This document shows positions 28,157 through 42,100 of a stretch of DNA of 64,000 nucleotides, one piece after another. A program made the translations under genes and the position numbers. Under the pieces are notes generated by a model. That model saw nothing but the letters and a program-made list of their open reading frames with translations. It had not been told where the DNA came from and did not search any database. Position 1 is the first letter of the stretch. Every line of letters starts with the position of its first letter. Source of the stretch: Balanoglossus misakiensis. Its lineage: Eukaryota > Animalia > Hemichordata. The stretch is from contig CM082592.2 of the NCBI GenBank assembly GCA_040954595.2, positions 11,230,017 through 11,294,016 of the forward strand. Reading direction: 5' to 3'.

Positions 28157-31100
28157 ATGGGAGATAACACAGGGGAATATCAGGATTTATTGTCTGCAGC
28201 ACTCGGTCAAAGTGGATTGGCATTCGGTGAAGATGAACTTGAATTAGGAGATGAGACGGCTGCAGCAGATGGGATGTTGGCTGCGGTAAGGCTGTCATTT
28301 CTCTTCGTGGGGTTTTCATACTTGTGAGGGCAGTGTTTCCAGAACTGTAACAACCTCGCCCTTCATACATGTACTTTGACCTATCTTCAGAGCTGGTACA
28401 TGATATAGAGGTTTCTTTAAACCCTCTGACCCTCAAATAGATACAGTTTGGTCTCTAGAGGGTCAGTGGTCAATTCGTGCTATACATCTTCATTCAGTCA
28501 TTCTCTAAACACTGATTTTTTTCTGTGAAACCAAACAGGCCATTGAAGAGAGTGGGTTGGGAGATACATTGACAGGAGGCAATGCAGATTTGCTCGCAGC
28601 GTTGAAGGGAACACCTGCACAAACTTTGCAGACGGTTCAACCCACGGTATGTACATGCCACTCAAGTTTCCTCTCTGGTTTTGATGTACAGAGTTTTTTA
28701 CCCAGCATGCAGTTTGTGAAATATTGTTTGCGAAAATTTCTCGTATTACAGTAATAATCAGGAGAAATTGTATTGAGGAAGTGGTCACTGGTGTTATCCT
28801 TTTTAGAGTTAAACACACCCATTTTTCATGCATTTGTCGTAGTGAAACTGAAACTGATTGCAGTCACAGAATATTTGAACTCCTGTACAAGCTCCATTAG
28901 TCTTTGATAATAAAATTTCAGAGTTGTTAGTAAAGTGGATACACCTTTAAGGGTTCACTTGATTAAAATTTTTGGCTTGGCTTCTTGCGTTTTAAATATG
29001 ATATGAAAGCTATCTATGTTGTCTGAACAATCTCTTGATGAAAAATACTTTGAAAGAGAAAAATGAAATGGTACCAATCAGAAATGCTGACTCTGACTGA
29101 ACATAAATCCTTGCAGGGTTTAATTAGTGAGCAAATTTCATATTTTTTATTTTTGTTCGTACTTTGTCCTGATTACTCAGATCAAAGTAAATGGAATTGT
29201 TTGCCAATCCCCACCCAAACCCAACCCCAACCTCTGTTTATACATGCCAGTAACATATTTGTTTATTTGTTTTGTTCTAAAAAAAAGTCCTAGTTCCAAG
29301 AATGAAACAATAGAAATTTCCTGTTGAAAGCAGTGTCGTGGCTTATTATCATAAGTAAACTTTGGACATGATTTGTGACAGATTTTTAATGTGTGAATAT
29401 AAGCAAAGAATGTTTTCTTCATTCTATCAGGTTGGGCAGCACACAACATTCATTGTTCAGACTCCAGGAACGACGACTTCTCGAGTTGTGAAAGTTCCAC
29501 TTCACAGCAGTTCAACCACTGCCACTGCCATATCTCAACCACAACTTACAAGGAATGTCATCTCTGTACCAGCCACTGACCGTCAATCTGCCCTGAGTAA
29601 AACCAGCCTCATTAAACTCCCTGTGCAATCGACAGTGCGGACGGCCACACCCAGTTCCTCTGGAGGCACCACAGTCGTCAAACTGCAACCCACCTCCCAG
29701 CCTGGGGTTGTTGCCATGACTACCATTCCAGCAGCCACTTCCATAGCAACGAACAATGGAACAATCAAACGGGAGCTGAGTCACAAGGATGTGTCCAGAC
29801 TCTGGTCGAACGATGACATCAAATCCAGGAGTTTCTCACCCACACCAGTCAGTATTTCTCTAGTTGCAAATATGTTGGCATTTTTTAGAAAACTGTATTT
29901 TGTAATCTGTAGCCAAATGATACTGCTGATGGAGCTTGAATCACCTTCAAATGAGTTTTGGAGATTGGAAAACTGAATGAGTTGAAATTCAATATGGCAG
30001 CTAGATACAGTTGCCATCTTTCATGATAAGCTTACCCATGGATCCATCACTTGTATTTTTTCAGACAATGCCCCAAGCCAGAAATATGTACATTAGCAAA
30101 CCTGCTGATGATGAAGACGTTGATGATGATGAAGAGGATGATGTTGGTCACTTAGAAACATATGCCAATTACATGCCAAGTAAATGTGAGTATCTGTTTC
30201 ATCTATTGCAAAATTGTTGCTTTCTGTGTTTTTTTTCTATCCCTGTGCAAAGTGTCCTTATCATGGATTTTTCTGTTGATGTTCCTGCCCACCACTTTAA
30301 TTATTTTGATCCATTTTATTTCCAGTGAAACTTGGCATCCCCCACCCAGACCCGGTAGTGGAGACAAGTTCCTTGTCTAGTATCCTGCCTCCAAATATTT
30401 GGTATCGTCTGTCAATACCAGAACATGTTATAGACTATGGTTATCTGTCAGCCCTGCAGTTAGAAGCTATCATCTATGCCTGTCAGCAACATGAAACCTT
30501 CCTTGCCAATGGAGACAGGGCAGGATTTCTTATTGGTGATGGTGCTGGAGTTGGGAAGGGACGTACCGTGGCTGGTGTCATTCACGAGAACTATCTCCTT
30601 GGCAGAAAGAGAGCTCTGTGGTAAGCTATGTTGATTGGTTATGATCTGTGGAAGTAGCTAGAACAAATTGTAATGCAGAGTAAAAATTCCTCATCGGAAA
30701 CACACATACTTACCTTTGATGTTGATTTCTACATGCGTATTCACAGGTTGAGCGTGTCGAATGATTTGAAGTATGATGCTGCCAGGGACCTGAAAGATAT
30801 CGGTGCCAGCAACATAAGTGTACATTCACTCAATAAGGTATGGATATGCTAAATAATTTACATGTAAATTGAATTCTCAGTAAAAATTTCAGCTCAATTG
30901 TTACCTTCCTGCTACAGCTCACAACATTACCTTTTTTCCCCTTCTCCAGTTCAAATATGCAAAGATTTCATCCAAGGAGAATGGTAGTGTGAAGAAGGGA
31001 GTGATATTTGCCACATATTCCTCCCTTATTGGGGAGAGTCAGTCAAGTAATAAGTACAGAACCCGTCTGAAACAACTCTTGCAATGGTGTGGAGAAGACT

Positions 31101-34100
31101 TTGATGGCGTGGTATCCTTTGTAGTATTTTCAGAGCAACGAGATTCGTTGGTGGTCTGTTTGTAGGATAGAGATTCTGTGGCTTTGATTTTCTTTGTAAC
31201 AGTCGTGATGAGTTCTCTGGTAGGTTATAGAAAACAAATTCATGAGGGACTGAAAACTATTTCCTCAACAAATGATCAGATCGTTCTTGATGAATGTCAC
31301 AAAGCTAAAAATTTATGCCCAGTGGGTTCATCAAAACCCACCAAAACAGGACGTACAGTGCTGGAACTACAGAAGAGACTTCCCAGAGCCAGGGTTGTCT
31401 ACTGCAGTGCCACAGGAGCCACAGAACCTAGGAACATGGCCTATATGACTAGGCTGGGTATTTGGGGTAAAGGAACTCCATTTATTGAATTCAGTGACTT
31501 CATCCAAGCCGTTGAGAAGAGGTTAGTATTCTGGTATTTCATTTTTGACATCCTGTGAGTTCTTTGAAACAAGCTGTGTGAAGTTTACATTGTTTGAAAA
31601 CTGCTGGAAATTTTAACATCTTTGTTTGTTATCTTACAGAGGTGTTGGAGCCATGGAGATAGTTGCCATGGATATGAAGCTGCGTGGCATGTACATGGCA
31701 CGGCAGCTGAGTTTTGCAGGTGTCACTTTCAAGATTGAAGATATTCCACTCAGTAAATATTTTGTCAAGATGTATGACAGAGCAGTGCAATTGGTAAGAT
31801 GTGATGTGGTGCATGTCTGGTTTTGCTTTTTAACATTGGTTGGTATTTTCTGAATAATATCAAAATGAGCCAGTCCTTCACTGCGTTTTGACCTTTTCCT
31901 TTGTTGCAAAGTGGGTTCTTGCCAGGGAGAAATTTCAAGAGGCTGCTAACCTGATTGATGCAGATCATCGGATGAAGAAGACCATGTGGGGTCAGTTCTG
32001 GTCAGCGCATCAGAGGTTCTTCAAGTATCTGTGCATTGCTTCCAAAGTGAAACATGCTGTCAGGCTGGCAAGAGAAGCAGTCAAAGATGGAAAGGTGAGG
32101 GCAGACTTCATGCAGATTAGGAAGAACAAACCATTATTGTTGAGGGTATTTCTGTGTCCCTACCTCCACTACATGAAGCTTCGATGAGAACAAACCAAAA
32201 TTTTGAAAATAGTGAGTGAACCCTGCTCCTCATATGTTAAAGAATAGCCACTCATGTAACATTCCTTGTCTGTCACAGTGTGTTGTTATAGGGTTGCAGT
32301 CGACTGGTGAAGCCAGAACATTGGATGTTTTGGAGGAACAAGGAGGAGAACTCAATGATTTTGTATCCACTGCCAAGTAAGGAACTTTTTACCCTTTGCT
32401 TTGTTTTTCCTATCCATGCATATTTAGTAGACCCTGGTAATATGACCCCAGTATCATATCAGGGGGGAAAATATGTTATGCTAGATGAAATGATTCCTGG
32501 CACTTCTGTCTGTGATTTGGTATGGATGTGTAGTGTCCTTACTGAAAAGACACAAGTGCTACATTAATAGTATGCCTCAATGCATTTTACTTTTAAGTAT
32601 TACCAGAATTTTGAAACCTTTACAATGTAAATCTGTCATGAAGTCCTCATTATTCTCTTTTATCTTCATCGTCCTGTCAGAGGAGTTTTCAGTGCATTAG
32701 TAGAGAAGCATTTCCCAGCACCAAACAGGCGCAAGATGGCCGACATTTTTGGTTACGACATCGGCAGAAGTGCAAGCAACAGTCCTGAACCTGCGAGCAG
32801 GGGACAGAAAAGAAAACTAGGTATGGACTGTTGTGACAGGTATTTTGTGTAAACACTCTCATGCAGTGAAATCATGTATTTCTCTGATATTGTGAACATT
32901 CACACTACAAGCTGCCAACTGTGTGTCTCTTATTAACTGTTAGGTAAAGCCAAAGGTGGTGACAACCAGAAAAACAAGAAGCCAACCAGAGATAACAGTC
33001 TTTCCAGCGGAGACGATAGCAATGATGAGAGTGATACAGGGGGTGCCACTTTCAAAATCTCTGACGACAGTGAGAATAGTGATAACAGTGACAATGACAG
33101 TTGGGAAGATGTGACAGGCTTCAGCTCAAATGAAGAAGATGATTTCAACCCTTTCAAAGACTCAGATTCAGAGGATGGTGAGTTTCCAATAATGTAATTC
33201 ACATCAAGCACTGAGTTATTCTGTCAATGCTAACGGTGTGATAGTGGTACTTGAACAAAATATGTCCATCACGGCATGTTGTTGATAATACCAGCTTGCA
33301 AATCATATGTATATATTTTCCCCTCCAGATCCATGGTTGAGTAAGCGAAAGAGCAAATCATCAAAACCTAAACCCAAAAAGACGACTAAAAAAACCAAGA
33401 ATGGCGATCCAGATGAGATGACAAGTAGTGTACTCTTAGCTGCTGGACTCAAGCAACCATCATGGCAGAGTACAAGTCGTTCTTCAACACCAACCTTAGC
33501 AAAAACAATGAGTACAAACAGTCTTTCTGGTAAGTGAGTCTCTCTCACGATGATGAATTTTTTGTTACAGCAATAAACAGCTCCTGTTGCCACCGCCACC
33601 ACAAAATCACAATCAAAGCTCAACTTTCGTCCTCTTCCAGACTTCTCACAATTTTTTCTATCAATATTTCAACAGGTTTGACAAGTAGTAACAGCTTTTC
33701 GTGTTTTCCGAATGTGGACGCTGTGGAGAAAGCACAGATGATGAAACAGGAATTGCTTGACACACTGGAGGAAATTGCAGATGACCTACCACCAAACACA
33801 CTAGATGAATTAATTGATCTCCTAGGGGGCCCTGAAGGTGTTGCTGAGGTTCGTTCTGGGTATTTGTGTTATCTTGGAAACTTTTTGTTCTTTTTCAAGG
33901 GTTATCTATTCCTGCAAGAAACTTGTACAATCATGATTTTTCACCTTGTTTCAGATGACAGGCCGTAAAGGGCGTGTAGTTAGCAACGACGATGGAAAAG
34001 TTGCTTATGAATCTCGTAGTGAAACAGACATACCTCTAGAAGTACTCAATCTTGCCGAAAAGAAGAGATTTATGGATGGAAATAAAGTAAGTCAACTCAA

Positions 34101-37100
34101 CATCACTTTGATTAATTTTTGCAGACATTTTGAACTAATTTAAGCTTGTGTGAATCTTGTCTGGTGACTGTGTATAACCTTGGTTTCATCTCCTCCCATC
34201 TCATCACAGCACATAGCAATAATTTCAGAAGCTGCTAGTTCAGGTATTTCATTGCAAGCAGACAAGCGAGCCAAGAACCAGAGAAGGCGTGTTCACATCA
34301 CGCTGGAGTTGCCTTGGAGTGGTGACAGAGCTATACAACAGTTCGGTAGGTGCTTCAGTCTCCATTCCATCATGCAGTCAGTGGTGGGTTTTACACTAAC
34401 GAAAAAATTAAAGGTTTATTATTATTGATGATCATTACAACAGAGACTGACTTTGGGAGTATTCTCATGCCTGGATGTGTGACCTTTGACCAGAATGTAC
34501 CATTACTTTTCAGGGAGAACACACAGATCAAATCAGGTGACAGCGCCAGAATATCTCTTCTTGATTTCCGAGCTTGCCGGCGAGAGAAGATTTGCCTCCA
34601 TTGTTGCCAAGAGACTTGAAAGCCTGGTAAGATACATTTTTCCACTTTAGTTTCAAGAGTGATGGAAAGATAACTGTGGAAGGTGTCAAGGTACATTCAG
34701 TGATTGGACATTGTTATTTTACTTTGACATTACTTTCAACCCATTGCACAACAGTTGTTAGCAGTTACATTTGTACATCTCACTGTGTTTTTCTTAAAGG
34801 GCGCCCTTACACATGGGGATAGGAGAGCAACAGAGTCCCGGGATCTCAGTAAATTCAATATTGATAACAAGGTAAGCATGTTTTAATGTCTCTGCAGTAT
34901 GTAGCCTGTGTCTATACAATCAAACCAATATTACTGCCGCTACACCACCACTATCATATCACATCAGTTTATCTCAACGTATCTCATGGCATTGTCTTTT
35001 TGCATTAACAGTACGGCCGGACAGCACTGGAATCAGTCATGAAGTCAGTGATGGGTCAGGAAACACCTATGATCCCACCTCCAGCAGAATATAAAGGGAA
35101 TTTCTTTGAAGGTAAGTTTGTCACAGTTCGATAGATGCAACCTCGACAGCTGTACAAATAGAAGCACATATGTAAGAAATACATTGGACTCTTACTGAGT
35201 GGCACATGTCACATTTGAACTTTTTTCCCCCCTAATATTCAGATGTCAAGAGAGGGTTGATTGGTGTCGGCATGATTACAGTAGATGAAAGATATAACAT
35301 ACCAATGTTAGACAGAGGTAAGTTAAAATACTTCTCTAAACATTTAGTCTCAACATTTTCATGCGCAATTATTTGGTATGACCCTACCTCAATGTCATAA
35401 GGAAGAGTTTGAAGTGTAACAATCTGTCTTTAATTTTTTTTCCCTTGATATGACAGAATACAACAACATGTCCAAATTTCTGAATCGCATCCTGGGTATG
35501 GAGGTCGAACTTCAGAACAAGCTGTTCGCTTTCTTCAGTGACACCTTAGCTGCCATCATACAACAGGCGAAGAGAAGTGGGCGATGGGACATGGGTATTT
35601 TGGGTAGGTGTATATGTTGGCGTATCTTTGTGTGTGTGTAGTTAAAAAATCAAATGTATTGCACATAGGGTGGTTGGCACAGATTCACAGTTGCAAGGAA
35701 TGAAATATGAAAATGTTTTTTTTTTCTCTTTAGATGTCGGAATTGACGAGAGTGAACATGTCAAGAAGCTAGACTGTAAAACATTTGTTGGAAGTTTTTC
35801 AACTGGCACTGCCCTCACAGAACTGTTTACAGTAAGTTGGTTTGTAGTAGAGTTCAGTCAAATGTCTCAATCATAATTGTCCAGAGGGTGACTCAACGAT
35901 CACTTTGTAATAATTGTGTATGACTGGCCACAGGGAACATACACCATGATTGTAACATACTTTACAAAAAAGGGGAATATCACTTTATAATGTCAATAAT
36001 ATCATTTTGTAGGTGAGTGCAGAAAGAGGCCTGTCATGGGAGGGAGCTGTAAATATATGGAAAGATCAGATTGGTGAGGATGATGGATTCTATGTGTCAC
36101 AGCAGGTGAGTAACTCTTCGTGGAGGGTTCGGGTTGACTCACATGGAACGGAGACATGATTTTGGTTGTGTTCTTTGTGAGGAGTTCTTGTTTTGATACA
36201 TGAGATTTGGTGGTAGTTATTTACACTCTATTATCCTTCTTCTGTGGTTGCTAGGTGAAAAATAACAAGAGAACGGCCATCTTAGCCATGCAAACGTCCA
36301 CTAATTTGAGGAGAAAACTGTTCAGACTTTACCGTCCAAATACTGGCAGACAACTGAAATTAGAAACATTGGCTGAAATCAAGAAAAAGTACAAGAAAGT
36401 GTCAGTGGATGAAGCTAGGAACTACTGGATACCTCAGTACAGGGCTTCAGAAACACAGTGTAGCCATGCCTACTGGTAAGTTGGAGTCCCAACCAAAGAT
36501 CCAAACCATCACTTGCAAACCCACATACATTAGCAAACAGTAAGGACTTTTTGACATTAACAACATGGACATACAAGACTTCAGCTCTTTTGTATTTTTG
36601 GTGTACTTGACTAGGCGTGGCAACTGCAAGAGAACCATGCTTGGACTCAGCTGTGAAGTGGGTCTGCGGAGACGAACTTTCCACATCCTGTCGGGTTCGG
36701 TCCTTAGTGTTTGGAAGAAAGTGGAGACAGTATTAGCAACTCAAGCTGGCAACAGTGCCAAGATGCAAATCATTCGACTCAAAGCAGAGGATGGCTCAAA
36801 ACTTGTGGGTGAGTAGTTTTCCTGTTGACACTACTCACATTATCTGTATGTTTAATGTTACTGACTAATCGATCGATTGATTCAGTGGATAGGAAATGTA
36901 ACACTGTCACCCTTTGTATTTTGTAGGCTGTTTGATCCCTAGCAACTGTGTCCAAGCCTTAAATGTCAGCCTGTCGGAACAGTCATCAGCCACATTTACT
37001 GCAGAAGATAATCCCATCAGCCAACCGAATTTGACAAAGCCTCCAGCGCCACAAGTGTTGCCAACTCATGTGACCCAGACTGTAGCAACAACAACAACAA

Positions 37101-37153
37101 CAAATACCCCCACTGGGCCCGCATTTACATCAAGCATGCCAATTATATTGTAG
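28157..37153 (+). CDS. SBNO1: Strawberry notch homolog; exons 28157-28285, 28539-28646, 29431-29847, 30065-30185, 30326-30620, 30747-30837, 30950-31111, 31280-31521, 31640-31793, 31912-32094, 32279-32376, 32681-32820, 32944-33177, 33329-33529, 33676-33848, 33955-34086, 34210-34345, 34514-34626, 34800-34871, 35012-35111, 35243-35317, 35457-35603, 35734-35831, 36013-36105, 36255-36475, 36615-36808, 36927-37153
   Basis: Hallmark motifs [110 protein letters not shown] and FLNRILG. Confidence 0.96.
31112..31279 (+). other. U12-type (minor spliceosome) GT-AG intron in SBNO
   Basis: 5' splice site GTATCCTTT, branch sequence TTTCCTCAAC ending about 10 nt before the AG, no polypyrimidine tract. Splicing joins DFDGV to [11 protein letters not shown] in frame. 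Confidence 0.85.
32416..32565 (+). repeat. 150-bp interspersed repeat, copy 1 (SBNO intron)
   Basis: Near-identical reverse complement of 48686-48835 (2 mismatches seen by eye). Confidence 0.9.
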
Positions 37154-39137
37154 ACAGATTTGACACTTTGCGAGAGTTGGATCGATGAGTGGGTGGTGTC
37201 TTTACTGTGACATCTTTGTCATGGAGGCAAATTTGTGTGATTGTCAGAATCATGCCGTCACAAATCACGAGATACTGCATCACAGCTGCACTGTGTCTCA
37301 TGCGGTGGTGTGTCCATGTGTGGCAATTCACCCTGTGTTGTCAATACCTTATTACTATGACAACGGGACCCGAGAAAGTGGGGAAACAAGGAAGAAAAAT
37401 GCAGGCTGTTGTTGGAATGCAACAGCCAAGCAAACAACCTCCCTTCAACATCTAAGAAGCTGCTTATAAAACAACTGTGTTTTTTCTGTCAGTATTTTAA
37501 TAACATTGTAGTCATCATCTGTTGACACAGCACAGACAAAAAGATGAAGGAAATACATATATGGAACAGTTTTCATCTTTAGAATTTATCGTTTTCTCAG
37601 CAGTACAGGGTTCAATATTGCCATTAGATTGTGTTGTATTTGGTCCATTCTGTTGATCAGGGTGGTGGTTCGTTTGGAGTGGTTTATTCTGCATTTGGTC
37701 AGAACTTACAGTTGGTTTGCTTATTTCAAAAATCCACGGCAGAGCTGGTTTTTAGGCAATTTTTGTGGTAATTGTTCCCTTATCAGCTTTTACAGTACAG
37801 CTGTAATGTGTTACACCATAAAGTTCAACACAGCTGATTAAGAGACAACAAGTTTACACAGTATTGTATCAATATTTCTTGTTCTGTTTGATTTATTATG
37901 TTCTTACACATTCTCCCATTAATACTGTTAGCCATACTCTCCATTACTTCCTCTGAAATATAATTCTCAGTATTTTTCGGTGTTTGGACTCAGTGTAAAC
38001 ACTCATGACAAAGGCGCTTTTAAATTGTGAAGTATACATGTACTGGTATTGTTTGAAACAGAGTGAGTGGTTGATTTGCTTACCCACAATGCAGTTCCAT
38101 ATCCTGTGATGAGCCCCCTTAGCATCTATTCCTTCTATTGCTCAGAAGTAAGTCAAAGGTCAAGTGCAGGAAGTGGTGGAGATTCACTTTCCCTCAGTGT
38201 ATATACATGTATTCAGAAGTGGTGAATGAAAGCATCTTCTTTCATAGATTGTATGTTTATGTTGATAATTTTTGATAGGGACGAAACCGTGATCATCATC
38301 ATCATCGCTGCACTCCTTTGTGTAGAATTTTTTGTACTATTACTCAATGTTTTGAGTCAGATTTACACATTCTAATTGTTTTTCTTTTTTTTTTGTATGT
38401 GAATGGTGTGTGTTTGGATACACAGTCAACTCAAGTGTGAGAATTTTGAGCAGTCTTGATAGCTGAGTACAGATGCACATATAGTAACTAGGTTTTTTTT
38501 ATGTTTTCAACTGGATTTTGGTGTCAAAACAAACTAGACTGGCCATCCAAACACGAATTCACACAAATGACTTTCTGTCTTGTAAATAACAAAATATTTC
38601 CTTTTACTTGAAAACCAAGACACACATAATGTAGAATGTGTATATATTCTTGAGATGTTGACACTACATAAAATAAACTCAAGGTCTGTGATAGAAATTT
38701 CACATTCTGTTTTCTGTGAAGTTTTGTAGTTGATATGCCATATGGGACTTACAAATCCACATTAAAAAATAAAAGATTTGAATTAAATGTGGGTATGCAT
38801 CTTATTAATCTCAATGGATGTAATCATGTGGTGATTATACATTGTGGTTTTGACTTTAGGTCCATCCGTCTTTGTCAGGATCCATAATCCTGAACTTATT
38901 TCTTTACAAAGTATCATTTCTGAACATACCAGTACTTGTCAACAAACAAACAAACACGGTTGTTTATTGACAAATATAAACACAAAAAGTACAACACTGC
39001 AATTAGTTTAGAGTGCAAGTATCAAAGATAGAAATCACTAAAGCTTATAATTAAATATGTTAAATGTACTCTGTGCGTTATTAGAAATAAAAGTTAAAAA
39101 TGTACACTGTCAAACATTGACACAACCATCTGGCTAA

Positions 39138-42100
39138 TCAGAAACTAATCTGCATAGCAAACTTGACAAACGATTTGATTGGTTCTGTGCTGTCCAATAA
39201 TTCTTTCAGGTAGACAACAGTCCAAGTGCTGCCATCAACAGGTGCAGAACTGGCAAATGCAGAAACTCTACTGTCTCCATTGGAAGACAGAACTGGAAAG
39301 CAAGAAAGGAGGACATATTTGAGGAAGATGCACTAAAACAAGTTTGTAAAACAATAGTTTTCTGTCTGTGAATGAAACAGTTTATTTGGAAACCAAAGGT
39401 TGACTGTGCATTGCATATATAAACTTACCTGACAGAGGTAAAAACGAATTTGACACAGTGCTCTCATAGAACAACATGTTTCCTTGTAAGATGGTACCAT
39501 TATTGAAGGCACAGCCATTGACAGCACATAGTAAGCATTCAGTGCCTCTGACTGTACCACAAAGAGACAAGGAAATGTCATCTTGGGTAATTCTGACTTT
39601 CATTCCACTGCAAATGTCACTTGGCAATGTTGAACAGGTTTCATTATGACCAATGGATACCTGGGGGTCAAAATATAAGCACAATATTATCACAATGTAT
39701 ATGCATGGATCCTTCGGCCTGTATAAATTGACCTTCCATAAAACACTGTGCAGCAGGCAGTTTGTGCCATTGTATTCCTGATTATTTTCATTATAGTAAG
39801 CTTATAGACCTGAGTGTCTTAACCCACATTACCTGTATTGCATCATCTTGTGGCTTCTCAGCTGAATGGCAAAACTTAGTCAATCCTTTCTTCACTGCAT
39901 ATGCCAGGAATCTAGCACTGCCTTTGGCACCATTGCCTGGGGACCAAATATTACACCATGTGATTTCAAAAATCTTGTACAACAGCCTTGAAATTATAAA
40001 TAATGATACTAATCATGGGGATTATCGTTAAAAGACGTTCATTGTAACTTCAAGAAAAACTACTTTGCACAGATGCCTCACAACTCCCTTACCACATGTT
40101 TCAACTTGAATGCTGGTGTCACTTGACAAACGACCCACGTAGGTAGCTGCGATGTGACCTAGACTTTGCCCCAGGTCATGCCATGCTTTAAGGTCACTTT
40201 GCAAGGCCTTGACATTGATCTACAAAACACAGCAATGTTGAGGAACTATTAAAATGTATTCATATCAAGACTGGTTCGCTCATATTTGGATAAATTCCAG
40301 ATTTGTTAAAAGTCATCTCATAACCTTCATGACTTGATCTATTCAACTCCAGTCGCTCACGCTTACATTTCCTGAGAGCTTGAGACAATTGGAGAGATCC
40401 ACAAACTGGTGTGCTACATTGGCAGCAACTCTGATTTGCGCTTCTACTGTGTTGCCACCGATGTGTGGAGTGACAATCACATTGGGATGGTTGATGAGGG
40501 CTTCATTTTTAGTCGGTTCCTGTCAGAAAGAGATAAGATGGATTCCATTATTGTGTGTATCCATGGTAACACAAAAGAACACAGTGCTGTGTGCAAAACA
40601 AGGTACCAACCTGTTGGAACACATCCAGTGCAGCGCCTCCACAAATTCCTTTGTCCAATGCTCTCAGCAGAGAATTCTCACGAACTATGCTTCCTCTAGC
40701 TGCGTTCACTAGGAACACACCAATTGGGCATTTTGCGAACACGCTGTCATTTATCATTTCTGAAAGAAAAAAGGATCAGTGAAAGTGATAAGCAGACAGC
40801 CTCCTAGTCTACATAAAATTTCTCCTTTGTAAAATCAGTCAATGATGATGAATATTGTTTATTTTTGTTTACCAAATGTCTGAGGTACAGCAGGTAGATG
40901 CAGAGTAATGATATCCGCTCTGGGCCAAATCTCATGCAATGGATACCATCTGACTCCAAGTTCATGGGCTTGTTGCTTGGTAACTATGGGATCATATCCT
41001 ATTATCTGTAAAGGAAATATGAAAACAAATATATTATGAATCTTCTCGCAGTATTGTAATTGATGTAGCACTCTGCTTCCTTGCAAATATGGTAGAAAGA
41101 GGATACTTATGTCAATTTGCTTACATTCATTTGAAACGCTTTCATTCTTTTGATGACCTCTCGACCAATGGCACCCAAACCAATCACAGCCAACGTCCTG
41201 CCTTGCAAAGCTGTGCCTGTCAGATTCTCTGTCTCCCACTTCCCGGCTTTCATGGACATATTAGCCTTGGGAATATTCCTGGATGGATGAAATGTCCAGA
41301 CGGAATGTTGGGAGGTTTGTATGTACAGTGGTACTGCTTGGGAGTTAAGCTTCTATTTTTGAAAGTGGTTTTTCAAATAAGGTATATCATTTGCCGTCAA
41401 GTTTGACCTCTGAACTTTGTATCTCATCTGTTTCTTTCTGCCATCAGAGCAACTTCAAGCTGACCCTGGGGTCAGATAAGGTCATGACCTTACTACAAGA
41501 TATGGATACCAATGGAAGGCAGAGGTAACATTTTTATGACCAACTATGGTGAATAATTGATTTATTCAGATCAGAAGCAGTGACGATTAACACAATGTCC
41601 CTATAAATATGTCACAGGATTGCAATTATATTGTACTGCACTTAGTGGCATCATGCCATGATACTCACCTGACAAGAGTACAAATCATAGCACAGGTATG
41701 CTCAGCTGTGCTGACTGTATTAGCTCCAGGGGCACTGCAAGAGAGACAGAAATATTAAGGAATGAAAGTCATAGTACTTCATATATTTCATCTAGCTCAC
41801 CGATGCCTACATGGCAAAATAAATATTAATTTTTAGATTAATATCAAATTAAGAAAAAACCTACTTCATGACGATTATTCCATGTTTAGATGCTGCCTTA
41901 ATGTCCACATTGTCAGTCCCTGTTCCAGCAAAGGCCACAACTTTCATGTTTTTAGCTGCTTCAATGATGTCTTCTGTTACAAAAGTTGCTGATCGTAATA
42001 TAACGCCATCATAATTCTGCAACAATCAATTGCATTAGTAATTTAAGATGAAAGGTCGTTTCTCATTTGAGGAAACATACAGTTGTTTACAGAGACATTT

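Noticed and set aside
33530-33675. In-frame upstream acceptor at 33570 that would extend an SBNO exon
   Set aside because: It would leave a 41-nt intron. The acceptor at 33675 has a better pyrimidine tract and gives a normal intron size.
41095-41110. gtatcct sequence (minus strand) in PHGDH-like intron 4 as a second U12 donor
   Set aside because: The frame-preserving donor is the canonical gtaagc at 41124, and no U12 branch site precedes the acceptor.
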